Source: Octopus sinensis
Lineage: Eukaryota
Length of the DNA: 64,000 bases
NCBI RefSeq assembly: GCF_006345805.1
Contig: NC_042998.1
Coordinates: 72,664,001 to 72,728,000 of the forward strand
Direction of reading: 5' to 3'
Below the pieces are notes generated by a model. The model made no database searches, was not told where the DNA came from, and saw nothing but the letters and a program-made list of their open reading frames with translations. A program made the position numbers and the translations under genes. This document shows, in pieces, positions 1 to 14,229 of this stretch; position 1 is the first letter of the stretch, and each line of letters opens with the position of its first letter.

Positions 1-1345
1 TTGACACAGCGTAGAGATAGTTTGCAATTGTTTAAAACACCGTAAAACTACAAAAGTTAATTGTTTCTTAGTCGGAATATTAACTGCCGTTCTCTCTGAT
101 TCGAGAACAATGACTCTAAAGGATTTCCGCCACTGAAAATTTGAGAAAGTGATTGACGCTTGGTATTGATCACATTTATGCATAAGTGCAACGCAAGGGA
201 CTCCTTGTTAGATGGGAAGATGGCGAGGATTTTCCAATATGACACTTGTGCACACCTGATAAGAATCTTGGAATATGATACAAATGGGGATTATGAGGAG
301 ATTTGAGGAGATATGTCAGTTTGATGTTTCAGGTTGTACTATATTTAAAAGCTAATTAGTGCTAATTAAACAAATAGGAGGAGGCAGATCCCTTTAAGAG
401 TAATGATACTCTTAAATACGACAAATATGTACCTATTTTTATTACATACTAGTAAAAATAAATACGGGGCTTGTGCTCATTGAATACACATTTACTACAG
501 AGAAGTCATTCCATAAACGATCTATGAACATGATTTATGTTTTTTCTGTTATTTTTTCTACCTGAGATACAGAGGTTTATTCCTCAAAAGTACGAATTTA
601 TAAATTTCAATTTTATTTAATCCCGTTCCTGTCTCTTCATTCATCGCCTCATCCACAAAATGTTAACTTGTCCACCAAAGTCATTTTAGGATACTTGATT
701 GGAGGCAGCTTTTCTTTACAAGCACTTGTTCATAGGATCTATAAGTTAAACATTAACGTCATACACCACATATATCTGGAATAACATGAACGTCTTGTAT
801 TGAGCACTATTACTTGTCATTGAAATATACCAAAAATATATTTACTTTATATTGACTGAAGATGAATACATACTTGTAATGAAAACATTAAATATCTGAT
901 AAAATTCATGGCTGCACTTAACTAATGTATAAGTATGTATGGCAACATACTAAAATAAATAGTTTTAAGACACAAATATCTGCAGATAAGAAAACTTATT
1001 TACATGAACGATTTATTAATATATTATTTAACTTAACTCACAGACAAATATTTTGCGTTTTAACTGGCTTCTAAATCCACTCTATGGAACTGAAGTTTTA
1101 ACTATGTTCCAGATTTAATTTTCGAGGTCATTTTCCCATTAAAGCTGTCACTATCAATTTAATCTCATGTAAATTGAACAGAAATATATTTCATGTTAAA
1201 CAACGATAAACTAATAACGTTCTGAGTATAATTCCTTGATCTGTAGCTGAAGAGGTTTGTGGGTAAAACACACTTGAGTTACTGCACAATACCGCGCAAA
1301 CTATGTAAAGAATCTCTCTCTTTCTCCCTCTCTCTCTCTCTCCTC

Positions 1346-1397
<52 letters not shown>

Positions 1398-1412
1398 GAA
1401 TACGATATAGTG

Positions 1413-1568
1413 TATACACATAAGGAATCCACTTGTAGGGAATTCAACACATTAGAAAGAACAGCTAGGTTCTGTAAACCACAAAAATAATGGATAAAAT
1501 TATTTACAGAACCTAGCTGTTCTTTCTAATGTGTTGAATTCCCTACAAGTGGATTCCTTATGTGTATA
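1413..1568. repeat. Perfect inverted repeat (66-bp arms, 24-nt spacer)
   Basis: 1413-1478 (tatacacataagg...tctgtaaa) is the exact reverse complement of 1503-1568. The pairing extends with a short offset via 1401-1416/1571-1586. Confidence 0.95.
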
Positions 1569-1700
1569 AATATACACTATATCGTATGACTAATACACAG
1601 TCTTCTTGACTAATTTTCTTGCACGTTAGACCACTGGAAATGAAAATTTTGATTGAATGTTTTAATTTTAATTAAATTCCATTTCCTTTTGATATGATTA
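1503..1700 (+). repeat. Dispersed ~200-bp repeat, copy 1 (copy 2 at ~16765-16945)
   Basis: Shared blocks agaacctagctgttctttcta, gattccttatgt, atgactaat, cacgttagaccactggaa, ttccatttcc occur in the same order at both loci. Confidence 0.85.
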
Positions 1701-4700
1701 TATATATATATTGATAATATAGTAATGCATTTTTAGAATTCATTTATGACTCCCTTCATTCAATCATAAGCGCACACATATTTTTAGATGTCCAAACCAC
1801 GATAAAACTATTAACCTCGACTTTAGAATCTATATTTGCTATATTCATATATTCATTACATGGTAGGTTGTTTCATCTCGAACATCCATCAAGTATAGGA
1901 TAAATGACGACTGTCAGTAATCGATCCATTTAAAATAAATTGTAAATATAGATATGAAAAACATGCAGTAAAAGATGTGTACCTTAGAATTTCTGATATC
2001 TAACTAATACCTTGGATACCAGTATTCAAATGCATATATATTTTTCCCAGATTTCATTTTTAAAAATACTTTAAGCCGTCTTTCTATAGTGACCTTTCAT
2101 TCAGCCACTGTAGTTTTCAAAAATATCAATCTATAAACAAATAAATTAAGCGTATAACACTGCTTCAGTACTTTATTTTTTACTTGAATTTAAGGTTTTC
2201 ATAACTTATACATTTATAAGTTTTGGATATCGTCTCATCGGTGAAGCTTTAAAATTTTGCTGGGTATATTTATTATATATTATTATATTTTATGTATCCA
2301 TTCATCAAAGTAAACTCGGATATATTTTATATTCCTGTTTACCGAAATTCACAAACCTTTTAAGCAACGTTAGTGGTTTGTATAGACACTAAGAAACGGT
2401 TGCTGTGCGTGTTAAAGCATATTATTTTGAAAGAGATCCATTATTAAGAAGTCATGCCTCACTGACATGGTGCTCCTAATGTTACGATTGAAGCAACAGT
2501 AAAAACAAAATTCATTCACTCCATTATAATGTGTTTATTATAAACATGTTCGCGTGGTTTCATAATGTATATAATAAAACATCGTTTCTGTTTAGAATTA
2601 ATTCACTGCTGGCCATGGATCAAAAGTAACCGTGCAGAGGAAAAAAAGTTTCTCTTTGATTCATTTGACTGTTCTGAGCAGAAGTGTGAACGAATGGATG
2701 GTATTTCCTTAAAATAAGCAGCATTTGATAGGTTGTTAATTTAAATAATAAATGCTAAAAAGAACACCATTCAAAACAGCGTTACACAATAAACTATCCC
2801 TTGGAACAACGAAAGCAATCGTATCAAAAAGGAAAGAAATAGCTTCCAGTGAATAATAGGATGCAGTGAATTAATACAATACGTCATATCACCCCGCCAC
2901 CACTGGGCTTCAGTGAAATAGTAAAATAATAGCCTGGATGTATTATCGTAAAACATGGAGGTCATTGATTTTGAACGACAGATCATTACTGACATACAAG
3001 AGCAATAAAGCCTTCTAAAAACAACTTCACATTTCATAGTTGCTATAAATATGTTTTCTGTTCGACAGGGCATTAATTAACTACATATAAGAACATATTT
3101 CAGCAATGTGGATATTAATCTATCTGAAACAACAGACACAAATATACACACGGATAAACATACAAACACAAACACACATACACACAGAGAAATATTATGT
3201 TAGCGTGTATATATATATAATATATATATATATTATATATATATATAGATATATATAAATTTGTACATACTTTGGTATAGATATAGTTATATTTATACAC
3301 AAATGTGTACTTATATACGTATATACATACATAGAGGACCGCACACAGACACGCACACGTACATACGGACACACAGCACACAGGCACGTTGAGACGCATG
3401 CACCCAAGCATACACTCATAAATACACATGAGATTACATATACTATAAAGACAAATGGAAATACATTTTTTTTATAAAACAATGGGTATTTCATAACGTT
3501 TGCTGCATTGCTTTTATTGCATTGCTATTACTGCATTGCTATTCGGACAGTGTTTTTTCTACAGACTGGAATTTGTTTTAATGTTCCTTATACATTTATG
3601 CATTATAGTTTACGACTGTGATGTTCATAATAATGATTACGTAGACATCATCATAATGTTTAACAATTCTTAAAGATCACCAAGAGAAAGAATAATGTTG
3701 CAAGCTACCTGCTATATTACAGGTCTAATAGATTTCCACAATTCTATTTACACTGTCACAAGTACGACTTGAAGTTCCTCACAAATCAATAATTCAAATG
3801 CGCGTTTTACGCAGACACATTCGCTGTGTGGGTGACTTTACGTATATAGAGAATGTCAAAGGCATAAGTGACCATCTTCCATCTTCATTCTTGGCTATTG
3901 TGTAAGTTTATCATTGCTGTTATTCTATGTATCCTTAGAAGAAGAGTCAGTTAATCTATTCTTAGTGTTTGCATCATACCATTAGTTGTCAATTCAACTT
4001 ATATAACATATATGCATACGGCTTGATATATGTATATAGCTTTTACCCAAAACATATGTTATCTATGCACCAATTTCATATAAAAACTACACTAACATGC
4101 ACACACACACACACATACACACACGTAATTTTATATTGAAAGTGAAATGGAGAATTTGCGTCAGGACTCGAGTTTCGTGCCATTACGATCTTCGGGTGAA
4201 ATATTATTACTGGATAATGGGGGTATAAATACGTGTCCTAGTGTTTGTATTCGTTGGTCGGTTAAATTTTTCATGTTTTCCATTTTTCATGTTTTCTCTG
4301 ATGTTGCTCTTGTATTTCTTGAAATTGTATGTGAGGAGTGTTATTCATTTATCTAAGGTTCATTGGTGTGATGTAACTGAGCGCTTTTGTTGAATTATTT
4401 CTTTTTCTATTTATGTAATTATTGTTATTCATAATCTATAATTTTTTAGTTGTTTTCTTTTATTTTGTGTTTGTAAGGTTCTTAATTTATATTTCGTTTT
4501 AATGGTTATATTTGTGATAGTAATTCAGTGTGTCTCTATAGTTATATTTTGAATAAATGGTGCATTCCACGGCTGAGTGATCTTTGCGGGGTTGCATTGC
4601 GAGGACATTCTTTCTTTATGGAATTGTTTTTATACCAATAGTTGTGTGCATGTGTGTATGTGCACGTGTGTGTATGTACATGTGTGCGTGCGCATAGCAA

Positions 4701-5520
4701 TTTGTAATTTTTTGAATTTATATTTGGATATTTCTATGCATGAATGTATGGTATGGGAAGATGGTCACATGCATGTGTATGTGTCTATGTGTGTGTGTGT
4801 GTCCGCATCGTTTGTTTATGGGTGGTCACCATTATTCTTGTGGATATATTAATAAATTGAGTTCATAGTGAAGGGGTATTTAATAGATGGTGTTTTTAAT
4901 GGATGTTAAAAGGGCATCTACTGACGGTAAGGTTGAAGAGAAAACACTTTCAAAGACACCAACAGATAAATAATATATGGGTTAAAGTCAGACTATCTAA
5001 CATTCAAGTGAAACATGACACGATAACTGAAAATGAAGCGTTACAATTTCAACAGTGGCTCAATTTATTAATGTGTAAGCCTTACAATGAGCCACTCAAG
5101 TATGCCGACAAAACCACCACCGCGTAAACACAACACTGACAAACACCTATCACATTCATAAACACACAAATAATAGCACACATTAGAAACTTTAATGCAT
5201 AATACGTAAGCATAATTTGTATGACGACGTTTGACCAATTTGAATCTATAATTTCACTCAAAATTAATTTATTCTGAAAAAGTTTATGCAAAGTATTTAT
5301 GTCTGCCTGAATGGATATGAAAACACATTTAGCAAAGACGCTACGCGATAGGTTGCAAAACTCGGGCCCTGTAAAAATCTAAAATTACTACCAAAATTTC
5401 CTGGCACACATATTATTGCTTTGGCTGAAACAATTTCTTGACGTTTATTCCTATTTCTATTTAAGTATAATTTTGCGACCACTTAGAGATATGATGAAGA
5501 AAATGAAGAAAAATATTCAA

Positions 5521-5885
5521 GGCGCCAGAGTGGCTGTGTGGTAAGTATTTGCATACGCATGCACGTTTGTTAGTTGCGTATTTGATTGAACGATTGAACA
5601 CTGTCAAGATGTGCGCTGGTAGCCGTCTTTAATCGAAGAACAGTTGAAGAGGCACGACTGCTGCACGGTAGTCACTTGTTTTTTTAAGGGATTTAGTGGG
5701 GAATTTGTTGTATAACATTGCTTTTCCTTTTTTCATATAAGAAATCCTCACTGGGTCTCAAACATTTGTCAGCTGCAGTTGCGCTCAGTAACTCATTTAG
5801 CTGTGGTCGATTTGTTCGACTAAAGGCGGTGCTCCAGCATAGTTGCAGTCAAATGACTGAAAAAAAAAAAGAATAGAGAAATAAA
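5521..5885 (+). mobile_element. Degenerate tRNA-derived SINE (family B)
   Basis: Head gagtggctgtgtggtaag matches 11964. The 3' block gtcgatttgttcgactaaaggcggtgctccagcat...aaatgactgaaa matches 12680-12740. Confidence 0.7.
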
Positions 5886-6569
5886 AAAAATAACGCAGCA
5901 TCATAACAATATCCGTGTCTTTCAATAAGGTAAATGGGAGATTGGTTGCAAATACATTTTCGGATAATTGTATAACAGCTACTAGATGGCATGTTGTATT
6001 AAATTCCTCTTCTTTTTCAAAACATTTTCAAGTCGGAGAAATACGATGTATTTGGAAAGAATAGGTAACAGCATATTTCTTTATGCAGTATCTCCGTCAT
6101 TTGCTGAAGAGTAGTGTTTTACCATATACACACATCAAAAGTCCCTAAATTATGATCAATGACCCTGACATGATCAACATTTATCAAGAGAGATTCCATG
6201 CGCTATCGTCAACCCCTGTGTTCTCCAAACGTTTTTTTGTGCGTTTGGAACCATAACAATACATCAAATAAGTTCCCCAGCTATTAAAAGACGCTGCACT
6301 TTTGCATCCAACGTTCTTAAATTAATAGGATGATATTTGAACCCTATTAGCATTTATACTTAGCATCTCAAGTATTCGCTCTCTAATCTAGCATGCGAGC
6401 ATGTCGTGGTTTGGTGTTCCACTTGAATATTTAGTGCGGTATTTCCGTTTCCTACGTACGAGAAATTTCTCTGTACCTCTGTTATCATTACACCTTTTCT
6501 CTACATTTTCACAAAAGTCCGCTTTAAATGAACCGGCCTGAACTGCGATACGCATCCATATAGTGCATA

Positions 6570-6629
<60 letters not shown>

Positions 6630-6681
6630 ACACATATATATACACATACACGAATGTATGGAATCATGTAAATATATATAT

Positions 6682-6724
<43 letters not shown>

Positions 6725-7552
6725 TATACATATGATGAAAGGGTCAGGAATTAAGTAGGCCGCAAGGAAGTCTAGATTCAATGCTTTGTTAAATCCTCAG
6801 TAACTTTTTTTACATCAACAGCCACAAGATTAGGACATAAACCAATGTGAATTTTATTAATGATCAATTGTTCCACCGACGGAAAATAACGTGATACAAA
6901 CAGCAACCTGTACTGAACACTTCGCTTTACTACATTTTCTAGATATGCAGGCTACAGTCACCAAAAAGGAACTACACAAAAGTCATAAGAAGAGAAGCGC
7001 CTGAAATACTTAATCATATTTTACTTGACCATAATTATGTTATGTGAATATGTACAAATTACCATGAAATAGAAACTGGGCTTTAATGAACACATGAACT
7101 TTATTTAGCTATATACTGCATTGCTTGAGTGCACTTTCATTGGGTATAATTTCATTAAATATCATTAGATAATTTCGGAATTTCAAAGTTTGTTCTGAGC
7201 AAATCATGTTCAGACACATCTCTCCTATAAACATCAATGTGGACCGCTATGCAAGCAGAATCAATTGTCATTTCTTGACGTTATACCAGAAGGAATTGAT
7301 TTGCACGAACATTAAATCTACCTTCCATTGTCACACATTTACAGATATTAATTTCCAGGTATAATCACTGTCGAAAGATAGTGGGGAGCAAGCAAAAGTT
7401 CACCTCGCAAAAGCATGCATATATACTCTCTCTCTTTCTCTCAATCTCTCTCTCCCACACCCACATACGCACACACAGACAGACAGACAGACATACACAC
7501 ACACACACGCACGCACGCACACGCACACACACACACACACACACACATACAC

Positions 7553-7590
<38 letters not shown>

Positions 7591-7641
7591 AATATTAAAA
7601 TTTCTAAGCCTCTTTAAAGGAGACTACGGCAGCGGTACTGG

Positions 7642-7952
7642 ATATTAATAGTTATCGCCAAGCTAATATGGTAGTCCATAAATATAAGACTAAAGCTGCC
7701 GTTGATTAGCTCCAAGAGGCCATCACCTCTAGCTAGTTATATGACACACGAACCTGTGTCCATTAGAACCTTCGAACAGATGTCTGACAAGCAAGGGAAA
7801 GCGGCTGACCTCCCCTGTTCGAAGGTTATAATGGACACAGGTTCGTGTGTCATATAGCTAGCTAGAGGCGATGGCCTCTTGGAGCTAATCAACGACAGCT
7901 TTAGTCTTATATTTATGGACTACCATATTAGCTTGGCGATAACTATTAATAT
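7642..7952. mobile_element. Fold-back / long-TIR MITE-like element (138-bp arms, 35-nt spacer)
   Basis: 7642-7779 versus the reverse complement of 7815-7952: 138 bp, 4 mismatches, no gaps. Both ends sit in a TA context. Confidence 0.8.
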
Positions 7953-8299
7953 ATATATATATACATACATACACAAACAATATAACAAATTTGTGAGTGG
8001 CATATTTATTTAAAAATCTACAATAAACATTTCGCATAAATGACTTTGCTCTGACGCATAGAGATACGATATAATGAAAAATAGATTATCACTGATATGT
8101 ATACATTTGCTTCCTGCTTAGGCTTAATATTTTCAGCACTTTGTTTGCCAGAATAAATAACATTAACCTCTGTTGTATGTCAAGAGCTCATCTATGGTGT
8201 CACTCCGTAGCAATCGACTGTCATTCGGTTAGCGAATTCATTTATTCCTATCCTAATCATTCGATTATTGCATCAATGTGCCAGAGTCGTTCTGATCGC

Positions 8300-8490
8300 A
8301 GCGAGCGAATACTTAGCAGCATTTCTTCCAGCTATGAGTTGTGAGTTCAAAATTCTATTGAAGTCCACTTTACCTCTCATCCTTTCAAGACCGATGAAAT
8401 ACCATTTGAGAACTGGATAAAAAAATTTATCACATAGCCACACCTCTTACAAATTGTGAGGCATTGCGCCTATAGAAGAAAGGATTGTTA
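8300..8490 (+). mobile_element. Degenerate SINE (family A)
   Basis: aatacttagcagcatttc...gagttcaaaattc...ctctcatcctttc resembles the better-preserved copy at 19164-19396. Confidence 0.55.
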
Positions 8491-8544
8491 TATCTTACGT
8501 TATATAAAAAATATAGATACACTTCCATACATTATTATATTGCG

Positions 8545-8956
<412 letters not shown>

Positions 8957-8967
8957 GTATGTACATT

Positions 8968-9010
8968 TACAAGGTGCGATGGGTAAATTGTTGCCACTTT
9001 TTATTTCGCA
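8968..9010 (+). mobile_element. Possible Tc1/mariner-type terminus, truncated before the CR1 insertion
   Basis: TA-caaggtgcgatgggtaaattgttgcc resembles Tc1/mariner TIR starts. No partner TIR was found. Confidence 0.3.
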
Positions 9011-9082
9011 CACGCGCATTGTTGTTTTTCATATGTCGACTCTCTCTGTGTCTCTCATTATATATCACAGGGTCACTGTCTC

Positions 9083-10920
9083 ACTGTAGGCCCTCTAATT
9101 GACGAAACTGGCACTCTCCAAGATAATGCCAAATCCATGGCCGAGATACTGCAGAAACAATACTGCTCTGTTTTCAGCAATCCTGATATGGCCGATCTGG
9201 GCTGTATCAGTGATGTCAACCCCCAACACACTATATCGGACATAACGTTTAGTGCCCCTGATGTCTTAGCGGCGATAAACGAAATAAAACACAATTCAGC
9301 AGTAGGCCCCGATAGATTCCCTGCTTGTGTCCTGAAGGTGTGTCGACACCAACTTGCATCTCCCCTTGCTAATCTGTGGAGAAACTCACTGGATGCGGCT
9401 ATATTCCAAAAAAACCTTCTGTCCCAGTCTGTTGTCCCGTTTTCAAAAAGGGAAACAAGTCCCTTGCAGTGAATTACCGTCCGATCTCACTCACCTCTCA
9501 TATCATCAAGGTATTTGAGAGGGTGGTGAGATCTCGAATACCCAATTTCTGAAAGCAACAGACGGCTGATCTCCAACCAACATGGGTTCCGTAATGGAAG
9601 GGACTGCCTAACGCAGCTCCTGCATCACTTTGAGGACATTTTGAGAGCTTTGGGAGAGGGCTCCAACACCGATGTCATCTACCTTGATTTCAGTAAGCCT
9701 TCGACAGGGTCGATCACAAGATCCTATTGGAAAAACTATCCAACATTGGTGTCTCTGGAAAGTTACTGAAATGGATTAAGTGTTTCCTGACAGACAGATC
9801 TCAACATGTTAGTTTTGAAGGGGTAAAATCAAGCCCAGCCAAAGTCAGTAGTGGCGTTCCGCAAGGCACTGTGCTGGGCCCACTTCTTTTCATCATTTAC
9901 ATTAATGACATTAATGACATCATCAAGCACAGCAACATAAAAATCTTTGCAGATGACTCCAAGCTATAGAAGGTCATAAATTAGGCGAGTGACCGGACAT
10001 GCCTTCAGTCAGATCTACTGGCTGTTATCCAATGGCAGAAAAAACAATATGCTGCTGAACGAGGATAAATTTGAGCTAATCCACTTTGGAAAAGAGGATG
10101 CCCTGAAACTCCCATACTCCCTTCCTTCAGGTGAAACTCTCGCGGCGTCCAACAACATCAGAGACTTGGGAGTAATTGTGGACAACAACGTAAGCTGGGC
10201 CACTCATATAAACACCAAAGTTGACTTGGCCCGCAGAATGTGTTCCTGGATTCTCAGAACTTTCCAGTCGAGAGATATCCACACCATTATCCTTTCTTCT
10301 CCACTTTTGCCCGACCCCACCTTGAATACTGTTGTCCACTGTGGTCTCCCCACACATACAAGGTATCATAAAAGTTGAAGCACCTCAAGGGCAATCACAA
10401 AAAAGATAGATGGCATGACAGGCCTCGACTATTGGGGTCGGCTAGAAAAGCTAAAACTCTATTCTCTCCAACGTCGTCGTGAGCGCTACATCATCTGCAT
10501 GATGTGGAAAATATTCCATCAGCATTGCCCAAATGATGTTGGCATCACCTTTAAGGTACATCCAAGGCTTGGGCCCCGTGCCATCCGCCCAAAACAAAAA
10601 TCGCACTCTCATCTCATAACAACAATACGGCACAATTATTTCACCTCAATTGGCCCCGCTCTCTTTAACATTACGCCAAAACACATTAAAACAGAAACTG
10701 ACCCTATAGGGTTCAAGAAGTCTTTGACAGATTCCTTCAAGAAATCCCGGATAAACCCCCTACACCTGGATATGTCTCTGTAAACAATAACTCTCTACTT
10801 GAGTGGGCCATAGTGCCCAAATTCTGACTTGAAAGACTTCACCAGGTGGTGCTATTAAGTTAGACATGGCCTGGGCCAATAATGGCCGAAACCTATCAAA
10901 GTATCAAAGTATCAAAGTAT
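9083..10920 (+). mobile_element. 5'-truncated CR1/L2-type LINE (RT pseudogene + 3' UTR + 8-bp tandem tail)
   Basis: Frameshifted RT motifs AVGPDRFP, NYRPISLTS, GVPQGTVLGPLLFIIYIND, FADD (9946-9957), RDLGVIVD and LYSLQRRRER. It ends in a ggcc-aataat-ggcc stem-loop and (tatcaaag)x3. Confidence 0.92.
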
Positions 10921-11648
10921 ATATATTAAATATATATAATGTATATATGTATATACATGTATGTATTCATGTATATATATATATAATATACATATATTAT
11001 AATATATATATATATATTATATATATATATATGTACTTTTGTATGTATGCATGTGTTAATACACACACACATATACATACATAGATATACATAGGCGCTG
11101 AATAATGCTGTACAAACTTTATTTAATATAAATGTGGTGTATTTTATCATTCGTCTTTATATCTTATCTTTCAAGTCAAATATGGGCGTATTATCTTCAA
11201 CGAACAAAAATTTGAGAGACTTTGATGTTTTCATGAAGCTTTGTTGAAAGCTGATGTGAGCTTAATTGTAAATCTATAAAGAAATTCCGTTGTAAAATAC
11301 CGTTATAATGATACAATCCTTTTTATCTAAACGACTCCCCCCGATGTTCAATTTAGGTCATAAGGATCATTAACGACCTAGGGAATTATTTGATTGCTAA
11401 TGAGTTAATAGAAATATAAGGAATCCTCCCTTATTATTTGTCGTCTATCAAAATCTCTCTCTCTATCTCTCTCTTTCTCTTCCTATTTCTCAATTTTTCT
11501 ATTCCCCTATGTATAAGTGTGTATGTGTGTATTCGATACGCGCACACACACACATTTTTGTACGTATGTGTATATATATATTATATATACATATATACAT
11601 ATATAGGCAGTATGTATATATATATATATAAATGATATATATGCATGC

Positions 11649-11681
<33 letters not shown>

Positions 11682-11869
11682 ATATATATATAATATATAT
11701 ATGCACACAATGCATGCATATATATTTTTTATGTTAATATTTCATTGAACGCCGCCACACATCTAAGTCCAGATATGTTTATCTGTATGGATATGTGTGT
11801 GCGTGCGTGCGCGCGTGCATGTATGAATATATATGTATACATGTATATATATATATGTATGTATATATG

Positions 11870-11918
<49 letters not shown>

Positions 11919-11962
11919 GTTTATATGTACAGATATATATGTATATATAAATTTATGTATCT

Positions 11963-12485
11963 GGAGTGGCTGTGTGGTAAGTAGTTTGTTTACCAACCAC
12001 ATGGTTCCGGGTTCAGTCCCACCGCGTGGCACCTTGGGCAAGTGTCTTCTACTTTAGCCTCGGGCCGACCAAAGCCTTCTGAGTGGATTTGGTAGACGCA
12101 AACTGAAAGAAGCCTGTCGTATTATGTATATATATAAGAAATATTGAATTTCTAAATCTCTCGTAGAGACATGTACGGTGGTGGTACGATAGAATGGTTG
12201 TATACTGTCAATCTAACAAGAACGTGACAGTAGGGGGTAAACCACCGCTGTATAGCCCTAGGAAGCATCGAATGCCTCCTGATGGCTTTGACACATTTTT
12301 CCCTGTGTCCTTATATACATTTACGAAGGGGAGACAAAAACCCCTGGCTGCCGAAGCTGCATCTAGGGACACGTGTTTCAGGATCGTTGTCCTTCATCGG
12401 CCTAGAGTAGCAGACACCGGTCAGCTGGTGATATAAGTCTTGTCTTCGCAATTGTATATATCTATATTCAGTGACAGTATACAAC

Positions 12486-12526
<41 letters not shown>

Positions 12527-12770
12527 CGTATGTGTGTGTATATGTTTGTGTGTCTGTGTTTGTCCCTCCAACATCGCTTGACAACCGATGCTGGTGTGTT
12601 TACGTCCCCCGTAACTTAGCGGTTCGGCAAAAGAGAGGCTGATAGAATAAGTACTAGTCTTACAAAAAATGAGTCCTAGGGTCGATTTGCTCGATTAAAG
12701 GCGGTGCTCCAACATGGCCGCAGCCAAATGACTGAAACAAGTAAAAGAGTAAAAAGAGAGTAAGAGAATA
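11963..12770 (+). mobile_element. tRNA-derived SINE family B, interrupted in its internal (TA)n
   Basis: 5' part 11963-12125 (ggagtggctgtgtggtaag...ggttcagtccc...gaagcctgtcgt). 3' part ~12520-12770 ends aaatgactgaaacaagtaaaagag. Both parts match other copies in the window. Confidence 0.85.
12190..12492. mobile_element. MITE-like element with perfect 21-bp inverted termini
   Basis: tagaatggttgtatactgtca (12190-12210) is the exact reverse complement of tgacagtatacaaccattcta (12472-12492). The interior is GC-richer and non-coding. Confidence 0.85.
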
Positions 12771-14229
12771 TGTATATATACATACACAAAAGCACACGCA
12801 TACAGGCATGCATACGTACGTACATACGATTATACGTGCGTACATACATGCATACATACATAATACATAAATGCATACATACATCCACACATACATCCAT
12901 ACATCCATACGCGCATACATACATACTTACGCACATACATACATACATGCATACATACATACATGCATACATACATACATGCATACATACATACATACAT
13001 TCATACACGTAACATCGTGAAATAGTAGAGGGTGTTAGAATGTGTAAATATTTCGGAGGTATTGGGATCATACATTGTCGACATAACAATGTAGTTATAT
13101 ATCTTCAACTGAAAAAATACCTTCATTTCATGCGTAAATATGTGTTTCTGTGTTTGCCCTCTCCTTCTCTCCGTCACTTAATATTTCCCTTTGTCTCTCT
13201 TTGTCTCCCTTGTCTCTTTTTCTCTCATTTTATGTATATATGCAAAGATTTCGTTCCTCTGTCCTTATTAATGTTTCTCCTGTTAGACTATGATTAAAGA
13301 CTATCTATTTCTGCTAACAAAATGAATAACTATTCTTTTTGGTATCCGTCTTTATTTTGAAAACTTTTAAATGGGCTATGAGACGAAATTGGGCTCTTAC
13401 TTCTAAAAGGTTGTAAACTGCTGAGAAAATACCGTGTGCTAGATTATCTTGCAATAATGTGGAACCGAGTGCATTGCCTGCTGTACCATTTTTTACATTA
13501 TTTCTTGTTAGTAATATTTTCTGTCTAGCAGCTGAGTTATTTTAGTATATCTCTCTATAAACTCAAATTCATCCTAGCTTGTTAATCCAGAAAACTTATG
13601 TGCGAGAGCATTCAACATAAACATGATATTCATGACAAACAAATTATTGAGAATAGTTTACGCAAGAGGTTAATTAAAAGAACAGTCAGTGCTGGAAAGA
13701 TTATCAAATACATTCTCTAAATCCATTAAGGTCATACTCAGACACAGATTAAAATTTTTTTTTTTTAATATTATTTGTTTAGCTATTTCTAGCTTTGTAA
13801 TTGAGTCAGCTCATTAATGAACCAATGGAACATGCACTGTTTTCAACCAGAGAATTATTGCTTTTCTCTAAAAAATAATTAATCCTGCGAGCGTGTATTT
13901 TTTTAGCAACTATGTATAGTACAGTAAAACGTTTGTGAGTATATTTCTTATGGAAGCCTTTTGTTGCCCCTTTAATTTCAGAACCAGTAATTTTATTGAA
14001 TTTGCTTCTAAAATTTTATCATATATTTCACTAGATTATTTAGCATTTCACACTTATTTCACATTAGCGTTCTGTATAAGTAAACAATCATTTGTGTAGT
14101 TGAATATCATTGTTTGAGAAGCAAGTGACACCATATTCAATTTCATGATAGTTAAAACTATATGCAGTTGAGAGATTTTGAACCATTACTGCTTTTCAAG
14201 TGGACCTATTACTTATACGTTCAGTCTTG

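Noticed and set aside
57-260. Minus-strand ORF with a possible acceptor near 258
   Set aside because: No recognisable motif in any frame, and it sits at the window edge.
10869-10893. cctg-ggcc...ggcc-gaaac resembling a hammerhead
   Set aside because: It lacks the CUGANGA core and is better explained as the CR1 3' stem-loop.
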